Numbered from the stretch's first letter, positions 37,836-52,905 are shown. The stretch: 64,000 nt of DNA from Felis catus (GCF_018350175.1 NC_058369.1:24306001-24370000), one strand, 5' to 3'. Notes: generated by a model from the sequence alone, not told the origin. Numbers and translations: made by a program.

Positions 37836-40169
37836 TGTCATAAAGCAATTAAGACAGATCATTAGTAGACACTTTTTATTGGTGACTCACAGAGCTGCAA
37901 TGAACAATCCAAGGTAACAAAATTATTATGTGATTGAGCTATAATTCAACCCAGATTCAGCTGATACTCAAGCCTTGATCTTAAGCAGAACACCCTACTG
38001 CCTCCCAGGAATCTTGAGATAACATATGTGGGAAATAAAAGTACCAAAGAAAAGATCACCTTGGCCAAAAGGTAGGAAAGTATGGGGAGTTCAGTGACTA
38101 CTTCCAAAATAAGAAAGTTCAAAATTTTTCTTTGTTTTACTAAGAGATTCCAAGTGATAGCTAACAGATGTCTTATGTTTGCCCACACACTACTGCAAAA
38201 TAATTTTTTAATTAGTTGCCAGCATTAAAAAAGGAGAGATTACACCCAAAAGTATGGATTTCCTGCTTCTCTTAAAGGCAGAGATCTGGCATCTCTGGAC
38301 CCCTAATTCCTGAGGCCAAGAATCAACTTTAGACTGAGCCTCTGCTCTCCAGTTATAGCAGGCTCCACTCAGATGGCTTCTCCGAAATACAAAACCTACC
38401 TGGGCCCTGCTACATTGATATGGGAACACCTGGGTTATATGGAGACTTGGTAGTGAGGATTTAGAGGAGGAGGGCTACAAGCTGAGTAGAAAGATAGGAG
38501 AAAGTGATTATTTAGTTTCCTTTGGAAAGGATATCAAAAGGCAAGAAGGAAGGAATGGAGAGAAGGAGAGGGGCAAACAGAAAGAGAAAGAGAGATATTG
38601 TAGTGGTGAAATTAGAAGCCAAAATAGAAATACTAAGGAGGTGGGAAGTTTTCACCTTAGTGATAGTATTATAAATGTCTAAACACAGGACAGGGGCAGG
38701 AAGAGAAATCAGCTCCTGGAGCACACGGCAGTGAAGGAGGATGCATCCACAGTGCTTCCGATTAGAATGATCAGATTTAGTACCATATGATACAAGGGGT
38801 TCTGAATACCTAAGAGAGTTATCCAGATGCAAAATACTAGAAACTATCTCACTCAAACCTTCCACATCTTGGAGCTATGTTTAAGAGCAGTGGTCAATAA
38901 ACTGCTCTATAAGAAGATGTGCACCATTTTGCTTACCAGTCCCTGTGACAACCTTGGGAGTTAACTTAAGACTTCAGGACATGAAGGTCTATTTCACAGC
39001 CAAGGTTGGCCAGTGAATTTAACAATCATGATACTTTATATACCATAAGGAAGGAGAATTGTTTCAGTCCTGGATAGTAAAAGGGCTGATAAATCCAAAA
39101 AAGGGAAAAAAAATATGACCCTAGAATCACAGTTTGAAAGAGCAGTGAAAACAGGTCAGCAGTGAAAACAGCAGGTCAGCCCTAGGTTAAAATCCTACAC
39201 TACCACTTTATAGTGGTATGTCTTTGGGATATTTACTTTATTTCTCTCAGACTCAGTATTCTCATCTGTAAAATGGGGACAGCACCATCTGTTGTGTAAA
39301 ACTGCTATAACAATATACTAACACTAGGTTTATAAAGTCTGTAGCACATACAGGTTGCTCCTTCCCAGCCCTCCCAACCCCCAGAAACAGGCATAGTAAG
39401 GTCAACCATTTGCATTGTCTTACTGTCTTTACTTTTGAGAGTACTAGCAAAATATATAAGAAACTAGACCACTACAGTCTTTCAGCAAGTACAATGTCTT
39501 TCTCTAAAATAAAAGTGTATTACTTCAAAGAAATCATGGCTTCCGTGAACCTATCTACAGAAAGCATACAAATTATGACTACCCTAAAGACTTAAGTTGC
39601 TTTATGTTTTTAGATTAATTTTCAAAAACATGAATGCTCCAGCTTTTAAAGATCAAACATCCAGGCAGGCAGTGTAGTTAAATATTTTTCCTTCTTAAGA
39701 AATAGTTATTACTTCTTAAGGCTGAACTTTGAAGATACTGTTTATCCTTTGCATGTTTAATTAAAGCTCTTAAATTTAATTCAGGTATTCTCATTAAACC
39801 TGTTTCTTTAGAAGATTATTTTAGCAAAGTTAATATTTTCTTTTACTAGGTGTTAATATAAACAGGGTAGTTTACTTCAAGTTTTCCTTGAGGAGACTGC
39901 AACATTCAAGGCTCACCCTGCCACCACCTGCCCCACCCCCCGTTCTAATTCCTCCCTGCAGCAACAGAAAACGAGGAAAATTGCTGCCACATGTGCCTGA
40001 CTTGCAATCCACACAAGCCCCATGGACTCTGCCTACAAATGAGCCTAACCCCAGGGCTGAGATGCATTGCACAGCTACTAAATGGCAAAGGACTTCACTG
40101 AGATTACTTTGGTTTTGCCCAAATGTGAAAGGTCACATAGTATCACAGCCCAGCTCTCAAAAATAAGTC

Positions 40170-40590
40170 TGTAATAGCAGAAACGTTGGAAACAATTTTA
40201 CTGACCATTTACAAAAGAATGATTGACTAAAACATGGTAAATGGAATACTGGGCAGCCGTGGACAGTGAGACAGGTCTGTGCACTGATATAGAAGAAACT
40301 TAAGAAACAGTAAATAAAAAAAGACAGTGATTGCTTTTCATGTCTAATATGATCTCATTTATGTTTGGAAAATCCCCACAATTATATATATATATATATA
40401 TGGTAACTATGTATTTGGAAGTATACACCCTTAAAATGATAAGGGTGGTTACTCTTGGGGAGGGGACACACTTTCGAGTGTTCAGAAAGATAGAAGAGGA
40501 ATTTATTTTGTTTTTATTGTTTATTTTACATTTTTAATTGACAATAAAAATTTATTTTTGTATTACTTTAAAACTTAGAAATAAATAAAA
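40170..40590 (+). mobile_element. Ancient L1ME-like 3' fragment
   Basis: ttggaaacaa...atggaatact...gtggttactcttggg...tgtattacttt...aataaa. Confidence 0.55.
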
Positions 40591-41129
40591 ATCAACCTGT
40601 AATAGAAAAATGTGTCCTCCCACGTAAAGAGGTCTAAGTTGTCCTGTTTTGACTCATGAGGTTGGATGAGTAGACAACTCAGTTTTTCCAGGTAGAAAGG
40701 GCTCATGGGTGGCAAAAGGAGGGCCAGAAAACTTTGGGCAACAGTACCGCTAGCTCTTGGGGGGAAGGGAAATTCCTTTCCTGATATCCAAGGAGATGGG
40801 GTGGCTCAGGTGCCATGCCAAAACACCCACTGCTCTTGTAATTCAATCTCTTGGCCACTGCTTCTTCTACTGTTACCAACACCCTCCTTTTCTCTCCACC
40901 TGATGTCTTTTGTTTGCTGCCTCATAGCTTCTAAGTACTTCCTCTTTAGCTCTCTCTCAATTTTTCTAACACTGTACATAGGGGTTTTGTGTCTTTATAC
41001 CTTGAGTTCAAACACCCCAAGAGAGCACAAAATATATTTAATGAACTCATCTATCATTCCATATACCTCTCCAATCCCATTTAATCTTTGGAACAGATCT
41101 CTGGAATTCAAGGAGACAAGTGACTTACC

Positions 41130-41846
41130 CATCTAGTTAGTCCAATCTAAAACCTTAGAATCTGTCCTTAATTCCTCTCTTGCTTTACTTCTGCCTCTAT
41201 ATCCAATTCCTCCACATCCTGACAACTATCTTTCCAAAATCATCAGCAAAACCATCCTCTTTTCTCCACCTCCACACCATCACTGGATCCAGGCCACCAT
41301 CATTCCTTACCAGGATGCCTGCCTGTGGCCTCTTAGGCCATTCTCACACAGCAGCCAGAATGGTCTTTTACGAATGAAAATCAGACCACCTACCACCTTG
41401 CTTAAATCCTGCCAGTGGCTTCCCATTGCACTGTGAACCCAATCTTATTTCCTTGCTGTGGCCAACAAGACTCTCCTTGGCCTGGCCTCTGCCATCTCTC
41501 CAAGTTTACTTTCTCCTACTCTACACTCAAGCACCCTACTTGGGCCTCACTGGTTTCTCTTTGTTCTGTGTACACAAAGCTCACTCCTTCCTGAGAGCCT
41601 GGGCACTTGTGCCTCCCTCTATCCTGGGACCACTTTCTCATCTAGCATACTTACTGTTAAATGGTACTTTTCATATATGTTTCTTTTCTCCGCCACCATC
41701 CCCCAAATTTACATTTGACTATAAGCTCCATGCAAGCAGGGATTTTTGCCTGTTAGGCTCACTGCTCTATCCCTAGTACTTAGGGTAATGTCAACTTTAT
41801 AGAAGACGTCAACAAATACGTGTTGAATGAATAAAGGAATGAATAA
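41130..41846 (+). mobile_element. L2 3' fragment
   Basis: cacacagcagccagaatggtcttt, cttaaatcctgccagtggcttcccattgcac, ataagctccatg and a tgttgaatgaat terminus. Confidence 0.8.
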
Positions 41847-41990
41847 TTGAGCAAATTGTCAGGTGGTACAGAGCTAGGAAGACACAGACATAGGACCCTA
41901 AAGCAGTCTTGTTTCAGACCCCAGAACTGATTAAATCAACCTTTATGCTATACATATAGCTCATTTACCCATCCCATCCCTATTTTTCAC

Positions 41991-41994
<4 letters not shown>

Positions 41995-42046
<52 letters not shown>
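41995..42046. repeat. (AC)n microsatellite
   Basis: Seen directly. Confidence 0.95.
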
Positions 42047-42048
<2 letters not shown>

Positions 42049-44429
42049 GAAGCAAGCACACCAGGCACAAAGAATTACTCACTGTTCCTTGTATAGGCCA
42101 CATTTTTACCCTCTATACTATTTCTTCTGCTTCAAATAGCACCCCTCCCCCCCTTTCCATCACAGATAACACTGTTCCTCCATCAGGGTCACCTGAAAGT
42201 CCACTCCCCACCTGTCTTAACTCCCTCCCCCCACAGGCATGTTAATCCCTGGTGTTTCATAGTTCTCTGTTTCTGCCTTTATTATTGAACATATTCTCTT
42301 AATGTTATCTTTGGTTCTGAGTCTCCAAATAGGGAGACGGTAAGGACAAGGGGATGTCATCTAACCTACCCTGAGGTTTCTCAGTCAATATGTATTACAG
42401 ATAATTCTTAAAATCCATTCTAAGTATGACCACTTTGTATACATAAAAGTTTTATAAAATAAAAAAGGCTATCAAAAGTACCAGGTAGTAACAACCTCAT
42501 AAGACTGATATGAGGATGATCTGACATCATAAATGGGCTTGCCACCTGGTAAATGTTTAATAAATATGATATACTTCTATTGTTTCAGTTAGTAATATAT
42601 AAGACTTCTTGTTAGCAAAATGTGTCAAATTGCACTAATGCCATTAGTAACCTCATTCTACTGATTTTTTCCATTGCAAGCACCTAAGGGAAAAGCACTT
42701 TAATTATGTTTATCATCAGTATAAAGCATTAGGTGGCCAATAAAAATAAGAACTATATGCTTTAGAAATGTTGCTAACTCAAATTAAAATTTTCAGCTTA
42801 TAGATAGTGCAATGCCCAGCATAAGACTTTGTGTAATAATTTCTAAAAGACTGGCATTATAACCAAGTACTACAAAAATGAAAATATATGCAAAGCTACA
42901 TTCACCTTCCCACAATAGTCACTCAATACAATATCTTCCTGGGCTCAGAAACACTCCCAAACCTTGCCAAGATTTTTTGATAAAACCCATACTTCCAGTA
43001 GCTAACAGAGGGAATTGAACAAAACTGGATTTTGCAGAAGCAGGAAAAAATATGTCAGGATGACTCCATCCTCAAGAAACTCACTGTCAAGTGAGAGAGC
43101 AATTCTGGAGACTCAATGGCAAGCACTGTGCTGAGAGGGAGCAGAGAAAGCAATCAAGGAAACATCATCTGGGGATTACGAGCATAAATAGGTATCTGCC
43201 AGGACCTAAAGATACATGGAGAAATGAAGATGTGAAATTTGTCCAAATGCAAAGAAAAAAAAAAAAGGAAATGAGCCCGCCAGAACTTAATCTATACAAG
43301 TTCTATAACTGAACAAAAGAAATACTTTCAAAGTGCCTATGTCTTAATTCTCTCTCAAATATTACATAAATTAATGAGCATTCTTTTCCTTTTTATGTTC
43401 TCAAATCCACTCTACAATATACTAAGATATCTTGATAACGATCTTAGCTCTATTGTATTGCACCCAACATATGGTATCACTTTGAAACTCACTTTCTAGA
43501 GAAAGACTAGAGAAAGCTGGTTTAGTTCTTCTAGAGTGGGATTTAGATAAAGTCAATTTACAAAACACACACCCCTGCCCTCTAACAATTCACTCCACAG
43601 TAAATGTGCTTCTCCTTTTGTAGTACTTGAAGCTTCAAAATTGGCACAAAGACAGGATACAATTAATAAGGTTTTACGACCTGTATTTCATTTTTTATAT
43701 ACTTTCCTTCTCTAAAATATATAAGATAAATATTGAGAATTCCTTGAGCTAGACTTATGTTTTACTAATAAGAAAACACCCAGATTATCAAATGAATAGA
43801 AGAATCCAAGCAGGCAAAATAAAGTCTTCTAAACTTCTAGGCTGAGTGTGAAATAGAAATTAGATCCTCTGATCACTGATAGCCACCAATGTGGGTGAAA
43901 GAAATGATGTCAAGCAAAAACCATGTGGCCCTGGACTGTGCCTGGCAAGCCAAGCCATTTCTAGGGAAGTTCTCGAGGACAGACCCCGCCTAAATGGAGT
44001 GAGTCATTAGCAGGTCCCTGACATCAGCCAGCTGCAAAGTCTTACAGCAACTGGCTAGATTGAAAAAAGATTTCCAAAGCTTCAACATAAAAAAGCTCAA
44101 CTGATTCAGTTTCCCTATCAGATTTCCCAATGCTTTCTTCTAGGTCTCTCTCTTACATCTAAATTTCCTCCTCATAAAAACAAAGACTTAGAAAAGGTAG
44201 AAAAAGTTAAAATAAGACTTTTTCCTTCTAAAAAGTGTACTTCAGTTGATTCAGTAAAAGGTCTGAAATCATCTTCAGGGTCACCATCAAGTTTAGAATA
44301 CTTGTAGCAGAAAAAAAAATCTGTATAAATAAGGACATAATTTCCCAGGATAAGTAGGTGGGAGACATCTTGTGGCATATCCATGTCACTAAGAATGAAA
44401 TTCAAAGAGCCTACGCAGGTCACCGCTCA

Positions 44430-46060
44430 TTTATTTTTACTTTGTTTTCAATGTTTTCTTACATAAATTTCAAACATATACAAAAATACAGAAAACAACA
44501 CAATGAACCTCAATGTACCCAATCCTCACTTTAACAAGTACCCACTCATGGCTACTCCTGTTTCTCCTATGAACCCAAATACAGCCCCTTCTCACCCCCT
44601 AATTATTTAAAATTGAATTCCAGATGTTATATCATTTCATCTGTAAATGTTTTAGTATGGATTTTTTTAAAGATAAGAACTCTATATTAAATTTTAATAA
44701 TTCCATCATCACACCTTAGAAGAATTTACCAGTGATTCTTTACTATCATCAAACTTCAAATTTCCCCAGTGGCTCACAGTTTTACCATTTTGCTTATTTG
44801 AATCAAGATTCGAACAAGGTTCATACATTATGATTGGCTGATATGTCTCTTAAGTTTTTTTGATCTACAGTTTCCCTCTCTACCTCTTTCTCTTTTTCGT
44901 TGAAAACTTTTGTTGTTGTTTTAAAATAAGAACAAAAACAGAGTCATCTATCCTACAAGGGTTTTGCACGATGGGGAACTTGCTCCTGCATCCCTTGGAG
45001 CTGTTTGCCAAGTTTCTTTCTGTCCTATTGCCAGTAAAATTCAGGCTTGATTTTTCTGACAAGACTGCTAATTACAGTAGAGTGTACTTGGATCAGGAGG
45101 CATGTACTATTTGATGTGACATGCATTAAAACTCAATCCTCAGATCCATTAATTAAATCATCAGAGGTTGCAAAATAAATATATATTTGCATCCCCTTAA
45201 TCTCTTAGGTCAACAATAACATACCTTATACACTTTTGTACCACCTTCTTTTTTTTCCATTTAACAATATATTCTAGAGGTCACTCGATTATCAGTATAT
45301 AGGGATATTCTTCATCATTTACACAGCTACAAGTAATCCATTTTGTGGATCACAATGATTTATTCAATCAATCCCTTCCTGGTAGAGATCTTGGTGGCTT
45401 CCAGACTTTTGCTATTACAGATAGTGTTGCAATGAACAGTTTCTGATATTTTATATTTCTGCCAGTGTATCTTTGGGATCTAGGGATTGTAGGAAGAATT
45501 GGGATTGCAGTCAAAGGTAAGCATGTGTAATTTGTTAGATGTTGCCAAATTCCCCTCTGAAAGGGGATATACCATTTTGCATTCCATCAGCAATGTTACT
45601 AAAGAGCTAGTTACTCCCACAGCCTTACCAACAAATAGAGTACATTTCAAGTCTTTGGAATTTTTGCCAATTATTTTTCAATGTAGAGTTAATATGCATC
45701 TCTCTTATCCTGTGTCAGGTTGAGCATCATACATTAGGCACTTTACATTCATTTTCCCATGTACTATGTATATATCAGGCCCATTATTCCCTAGGGTTGT
45801 TGGTTTTTCAGTTCTCTGTTTTTAAAAACCTTATTTTATTAGGGATCTGAACCTTTATTTGTATAGCTCCAAGTATGTGGCCCAAGTTGTTATCTGTCTT
45901 TTACCCTGCCTGGGATACTTTTTGCCATGCAAAAATTCTTTACTTCATGTCATCAAATGTATCAATCTTCTACATTATGGTTACCAGCTCTTGATTCATA
46001 GTTAGGAAGGTTTTACCCATACATAAGTTATAGAGAGCAGTCAATCTGTATTTTCTCCTA
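44430..46060 (-). mobile_element. Old L1M (L1MC/L1ME-like) fragments
   Basis: aatttcaaacatatacaaaa, atcatttcatctgtaaat, tttgctattac...gttgcaatgaaca and ccattttgcattccatcagcaatg are antisense L1 motifs. Confidence 0.65.
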
Positions 46061-46852
46061 CTACTAATATCAAAGCATTGCCTGTGACTGGATACTTTCA
46101 TCGCTACCATGATGCTACATCTCATCTAATTCTCTCACTACAACTCCAGTGATACAGGAGAATAACAATAGATCCAAAAAACACTTTTGGAGTAAGGCAC
46201 TGCTCTCAGAGCTCATATACCCCAGTGGGGGGAAAAAAAAAGCAAAAGGTCCTTTCCTTCAAGAAGTTTATACTGTGATGAACTTGTCCTTCTATATAAG
46301 TATTAGGTTAATAAAGGGATAAATACTTAAGTGCAGCACAGTAATGAAAACCCCAGCTAAGCCACAATGTTCCTGAGGAATAACTTTTGTGTCCTACACA
46401 ATCCATATGAAGAGATTTTATCTGAGAATATGACTCTTGAAAACTTAAGGATTTGTAAATGAAAATGAAAAAAGCTCTAGGCATTAAAACAATTTCTCCT
46501 TTTGGTTAGGTACTTTCATAGACTTACTCAGAGGCCCTGTTGTATGCCCAAGGTTTTTATGGGATTGTTCTGTCAAGCAACCAACAATTCTCTAGATTGA
46601 ATTTTTCATGAACCAACCCTAGTGAATGCTCAAAGACAAAAAGAATTACAAATAATCTTAATTTGTTTTCAATAATCATATTATAGGTAATAATGTTGGC
46701 AACACTATTTACTTCTGTATTCCTGGCACATCGCATCATGCCTAACACACAGGAGTAACTTTATAAATGACCTACTAAAGATCCAACAAAGAAGGTTACC
46801 AAAATGATGCTGTACACCTAATTTTCATATCTTAGTGCTCTGTCCCTTTCTC

Positions 46853-46855
<3 letters not shown>

Positions 46856-46885
<30 letters not shown>
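46856..46885. repeat. (AC)n microsatellite
   Basis: Seen directly. Confidence 0.9.
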
Positions 46886-46888
<3 letters not shown>

Positions 46889-49800
46889 CACATGCATTCA
46901 TAGCAAGGTGCAAATGATTACATTTCCCCAAATTAACTCTTTAAAATTCATGTATATTTTTCCACAAACGTACACTTTGATTTTGGATGGAAGGGAGGTT
47001 GAAGAGTTGAAAAACCCTAAGCTCTAGATTTCTGGCAGTTCCAAGCAGTTTTCCAAGTCATGCCTTTCCCTTCTCCCTGTACTGCCCTCAGAAGAGCTGT
47101 CAAAGATGGTCATCACTAGGGAGAGAGCTGACACCCAGCTTTACTGGCACTAGGCAAAGGAGTCACATTCAGTAAATGAGGAGTTACATCTTCTCTTTTC
47201 CTTCATCTTTGGCTAGATCTTAATGGCAGAACTTATGATCCGTCCAGTTTCAAATTAATAATTGCCAAGTAGTATTTTAGATACCAAACATCATTCTGTT
47301 ATAATCATAAGGATTTAAGAAATCACTACATTTGAAAATAAAATTAAAAATAATTGCAAGAAAATAAATTTCATACATTTAAGGACAGAAATGCTTGCAA
47401 TAAAAACAAACTTCTAGGGTTAAAGTGATTCTCATCTATACAACTTTTTACCTCACGTATTTTCTCCCTCTCTCCTTTTTAATAAAACAGAAGGGGGAAA
47501 GTATATGTCTGTGTGGAATAAATATCTGTATTTAATTTTAAAAAGGAATAAAGTTCATATGAAAATGAGTAAAATATTCTTGCAGAAGCCCTGCAATTTA
47601 ACTTCACTCTTTACATTTTGGTTTGATATGTAAATATACACATAAAGAAACCCAACCACCACAAATGTTAGCCTTTTTCCAGAAGAATGGAGGTAAGTGC
47701 TACAAACGCGGGTCCGGTGTCAGGAGAACATAATCATAATGTAAACTGGTTATTTCTAAATGGTGCCCCCAAAAGGAAAAAAATGAATGGAAGTACTTAA
47801 TAAATTCTGTTTCCCATAAAATTCATACCAAAAAAGAGTGAGAGAGAGAGACAGAGAGGGAGAGAAAGAATGTGAGCTTGGAGGTCAGTGAGAGTTTTGT
47901 TGAATTTCCCTCCTCCTAAATTCTGTCATCTCCTTTTTAAAGCAGCAAGTCAGCTTCCCACAGACATGACAGAAATGCATTCTTTTTTGCTGCAAAACCA
48001 TTTACCATTAAGTAACACTTACCAGAGGACATGTATTTTCCCACAGAAGATTGGTTAATTGGATATTGTCACTTCCAGTTGCAGCTTAATATAGTATAGA
48101 CAATGACTTTTCAAACAAAAGTGTAACCAAACAAAAGTATTAACAATCTATTTCTTTTGTTTCAAAGAATATAAAGGGCTCTGACTCCATCTCTCAACAT
48201 TCTGAAACAACAGACACAGATTAGGAAGGAATCTAATGTAGAAATTAAAATGATTCTGTTATCTTAATTACACGTTTAGCCACACAGAAATAACATCCCG
48301 ATGAACTCAAAAACAAGAGCCAAATTCTTTTGTTTCACCAGAAAAATAAGTTGCTCACAATAAGTTGACAAAGTAAGGATTGGAAAGTTTTTGATTAAAA
48401 AGGAATTTTTGTTGGAACACTTATAATGAGATTTGAGCTGCAGTAACAATATAAAATTGAAAGCAGAATTACATACAAAATGAGTACTGTAAAATATCAT
48501 TATTTTAGTACAATGGAAAATAAGGTGTTTGTGGTTTTACTCTATAAATTCTGTGTTGTCTGCTCATATGTATTCCTTCTTGGCCGTCCTCTGAACAGCC
48601 ATTCTGATTTCAGAGCCTCCTGCACCGACATTCATTTGTGGTAGGGGGAACCCACACAATCAACATCTTCTAAGCTCTACATTTTCCCTCCATTTTATTG
48701 GCTTTTCAGGACTGATTCAAGCCCATGCATCTCATTGGTGTTCAGTTACAGGGCAGACAGTGAATTTTCCTAATCCATTTAGTGTGCTGACAGAGCCATG
48801 TTCACAATTTATAGAATTTCCTTTTAGACATCTACCTATTTCACAGTTCATTAAGACTCAAACCGAACACCTGTATTTATGAAGTCAAAAGCAATTTTAT
48901 ACTAACAAGGTGTTAAATAAGGCATTCTCTGAAAGCCTGAACAACAGTAACAACAACAGAAGCAATAGACTCTTGACCTATGGAATGAAATCATGCCTAT
49001 AGCTACCTGCATCATCCTTTAATAGGGCAGAAATTGGCGTGGAACTGCAGCCAACAATCTTAACATATTTTAATTCCTCCACCACAAGTCTCTCATGTTT
49101 TACCCTAAGAAAGCAAGAGTATGGGACTACCTTGCACATTTCACCTAGATATCTAAAATCTGCCAAATAGTCAAAAATCTTAGGAAGTGAAATGTGGCCC
49201 CATTAAACAATGTCTTCACTAGATACAGGGACATTTTCAGCATTCTGGGGCCCACAAAGACTGACCCTGGCTCATTTTTATGTAACCCCAAAGTTTTCAC
49301 ATCATTAATAAAGAGAGATTCAAAACAAAGCCTACAGACATTAGGGGAGAAAGTGTGTAGTTTGGCACTACCATCATAAATACCCTCAAAACGAAAAGGG
49401 AAGAAAATAAAATGCACGTAGCAGAGGTGGTGACCCCTATAATGACTGTGGTTCCCAACAGCTTTTTTTCTACCGGTAATAAACCATTCTGCAGACCTCC
49501 CAACTGTGGCCACCATGATAGTTACCGCTTTGCAAGTTTATGTCTTTTTCTTGCAGTTAGGAGTGTTATCAATAAAAATTTCAAATGATGCCTTTCCCAG
49601 TCAAATTAAAACATTTTAAAATGTGGAGCCAACAACAGGATTAGAATGGAAAAATACAAGTGATACCAGGATTTTATTTTGTATATTTTTTTCACCAAAT
49701 CCCTTAATTTATTAATTTTAAAGACATTCCTTGCAAGTCTTGAAAGTGAGACAATGTACCCTCACACAGCACTGGGGTAATTTGACGGTCTTAAAAGTTG

Positions 49801-51254
49801 GTTTTGTCACATGCTACTAACTTCTTAAAAAAAACTTCACTTTTAAATGCCATGACGATGATGTTCATTAAACAAAAGTCTACCTCAAAAAAGTCATTTC
49901 AAATATCCTTTGAAGCTTGGACTGAAGTGATTGAAAAGGACTTCACTGCTTGCCAGTCAACCATGGCAGGAGGGCAGAAGGAAAGTTGAAATTACTGGTT
50001 AAAAGTAAAGGAGCACTGCTTATAAATTCCACCTTATATATTGTGGCAAATATTATTTCCACCCACTTAAAAAAAAACTCTTTTGCTTAAAATGTGTGAA
50101 TTCAGAAGGATCAGTTCCTCAAGTAACTGGAATCATTTGCAAAGCCCTGTTTGAATGCATTTATCTCACAGTCCCTGGAGACCACAAAGCATTCCCAACT
50201 CCTAGTCACAGTTAACCTGTATACACAAGAGTCTGAGACTCATCATGAAGTGGGGCAGAGGGCCCACCTCAATGCAGAAAACCAAGAAACAAGGAGTCAT
50301 GCTTGTTATGTTCTTTTCTCCATGTATGAGCAACATATTCATTGTCAAAAGCTTGATTTTTATGATCCACCTTGAAAACTGACAGCCCAAGTCTGCTTTC
50401 TGGCTGTGTTATCAAACTGAAACATCTTTGGCTGAAAAAATGCCACCATTGGTTCAGAAAACACTTCCTGATCCTCCAGTAGCACCTTGCTGAGGAAACG
50501 ATCTCCCTGAAGAAATGATCAGCTCCACTTCTGTTAAAATGCATTTAATTTTTTACCTTGCAAATGTACAACATGTGTATCATAGACAATTTAAAGATCA
50601 CCTGAGTCTCCAACACAAGGAGAAAACACAGGAAGATACCACTGTCCATTCTTTTATTTTTTTTAACAAAGTATGCATGCATAAGTATATGTATATACAC
50701 ATAATCATAAACATCTTTAAAGATATAAAAAGTAAATACTATACAATAAATTCTTAGTATACTAGGATTCCAGACTTCATGAAAATGGTCCCCTCTCCAC
50801 ATACTGGGAAATATCCTTCATTATTATGGCCATAATGTAACTGTTATTATAGCCACAGTGATACTATGAGGATTTAAGTCACAGAGTTATTCATTCTTAA
50901 TGCTTCATAGCCAATACAGGGTTCTACCTAGTAAGCACTGAACAGGAGTGAACTCACCTGTTAAGACATGATTCGAAAACTTACATGAACTTTGCCATGA
51001 GGATTAAATGAGACACTGTAGGTCAGCTCCTTGACATAAAAAAAAGCACTCAATCCACAGGGGCCCTTCTAGAAAGCACTAAATTTCTGTATAAGAGCTC
51101 AGGGTTTGCAGTCCAAGACACTGTCTCTCACTATTGTGTGACGTTAAGCAAGTTACACATCTTCTCTGAAGCTCTATTTCCTCATCTTAAAAATGAGGTC
51201 AATAATACCAACCTCACAAGTTGTAAGTCAAGTTTAAAATAAGTACCACATGGG

Positions 51255-51476
51255 AGGAACATCTGGGTGGCTTAGTTGGTTGATCATCTGACTCTTAATT
51301 TCAGCTCGGGTCATGATCTAGGGATTCTTAAGTTCAAGCCCTGCATCGGGCTCCACACTGACTGTGCTGAGCCTACTTAGGATTCTTTTTCCCTCTCTCT
51401 GCCCCTTTCCAATGTTCCCTCTCTCTCTCCCTCTCTCAAAGTAAATAAACAAACTTTAAAAAAATAAAAATAAATA
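51255..51476 (+). mobile_element. CanSINE inserted in a MIR (MIR about 51090-51250)
   Basis: TSD aagta(c/t)cacatggg at 51241-51254 and 51477-51490. Confidence 0.9.
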
Positions 51477-52905
51477 AAGTATCACATGGGGAACATTTAG
51501 CTATAGTTCCTAAAACTCAATCTAGTAGCCACAAGACACTCAACAGCCATTTGAGCAATGAAATTAAAGAAGTCCAACACCAAAGGTCATGAGATTATGG
51601 GTCCCACCTTGTCCAACACCTTGCACATGATGGATGCTCTATAAAATATTATCAAATGATGCTTCATTTAGGCAAGTCGAGGGAAGCATCTGTCTGAAGT
51701 ACAGCAGACTGAAGCACTTCTAAGTAGATGCAGTAACTCATGAAATAATCAATCCAGCAGTGTTTGTAACCCCATAAATACCATTCCCTTTCTCAAGGAA
51801 AGTCAATTTGCTTGAGTGTGGACTCATAGAGGACCAGCTTTAATCAAAACATAAAACCTTAACATTATCCAATAATCACCTTAGCAACATTAGCCTTCAA
51901 TTATATGAGATATAAATGGACCTTTCATACAGCTTACATACTTTAATCTTCAAAGATACTGAACATTTATTTCTGTTTGTCTTCTTTCCTTCCTTTATTT
52001 ATATGCTTTTAAACAGTAGAAGGAAGATGAAGTCCAATTAAGATTTTGTGTGGAATATCATCAACCAGTGACAATGAAATCACTGAGTATTTATGGTAGT
52101 ATAAATCAGTTCTCTATCATATATCCATATACCAAACAAAGTGTTGGCTGGATAAAAGCAAGAACCATATCCAGTCATTCAAAACTTATGTGTTGAGTGA
52201 AAAAATGCACAGAATCTATAGGACAGGGAGAGATCTTTAATGTGAAATTCTTGGAAATGCTTCAGGGCATCTGTAAACTACCTAAAATTATATACATGAT
52301 TGCATGTGAATATAAACGTATATGTGCCAAGGTAAATTTTTCTGATGAGAGAGCCTATAGATTGCATGAAGTTCTCTTCTATACTGATTACATTTAAAAA
52401 AACAAACACAAAAATGTTATGGGCTCTTCTATGGAGCTGCCACTAACCTAATCTGGATATATTGCCCCTTCCCTTGCCTTTGTGAACGCAAAATCCCTAC
52501 ATACCTGCTAATAGGTTCTGAAGTGTCTACTTTTAAACAAGTAGAACTCTTCCCTGACCTATTCGGAACAGAAATGAGTACAAAAGCAAGCATAATATGC
52601 CACTGTCATATAACACATCTTCCAGAAAACATGCAAAAGACTTGCCAGGCCTGGCAGTTAGGAAATCATGCCGGGCTGGGGAAAAGTGTTACCTGCCGGA
52701 AAACAGAAGGAAGTCTCTTAACTTGGGGATAGAACAAAATAGATGGCACTTTCATAGTACCTTCATTTCTCTGTATCACTCTAAGACATAAAAAAGTGAC
52801 CCAATTAAAATATAAAAGTTGTGGCTTGGTAAATGCAACCACAAATTCAAAAGAGACCCACTGAGGCAGAACACAGAGAACCCATGATTAACGAAGTGAG
52901 ATGGG

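Noticed and set aside
40705..41776. 143-aa and 116-aa plus-strand ORFs
   Set aside because: They overlap or adjoin L2-derived pyrimidine-rich sequence and have biased composition.
50951..50975. Recursive-splice-like cag|gtgagt on the ERC2 strand (similar motifs near 7255-7270 and 60939-60950)
   Set aside because: Polypyrimidine tracts are weak and some sites lie in repeats; cannot be supported without saw-tooth RNA-seq data.
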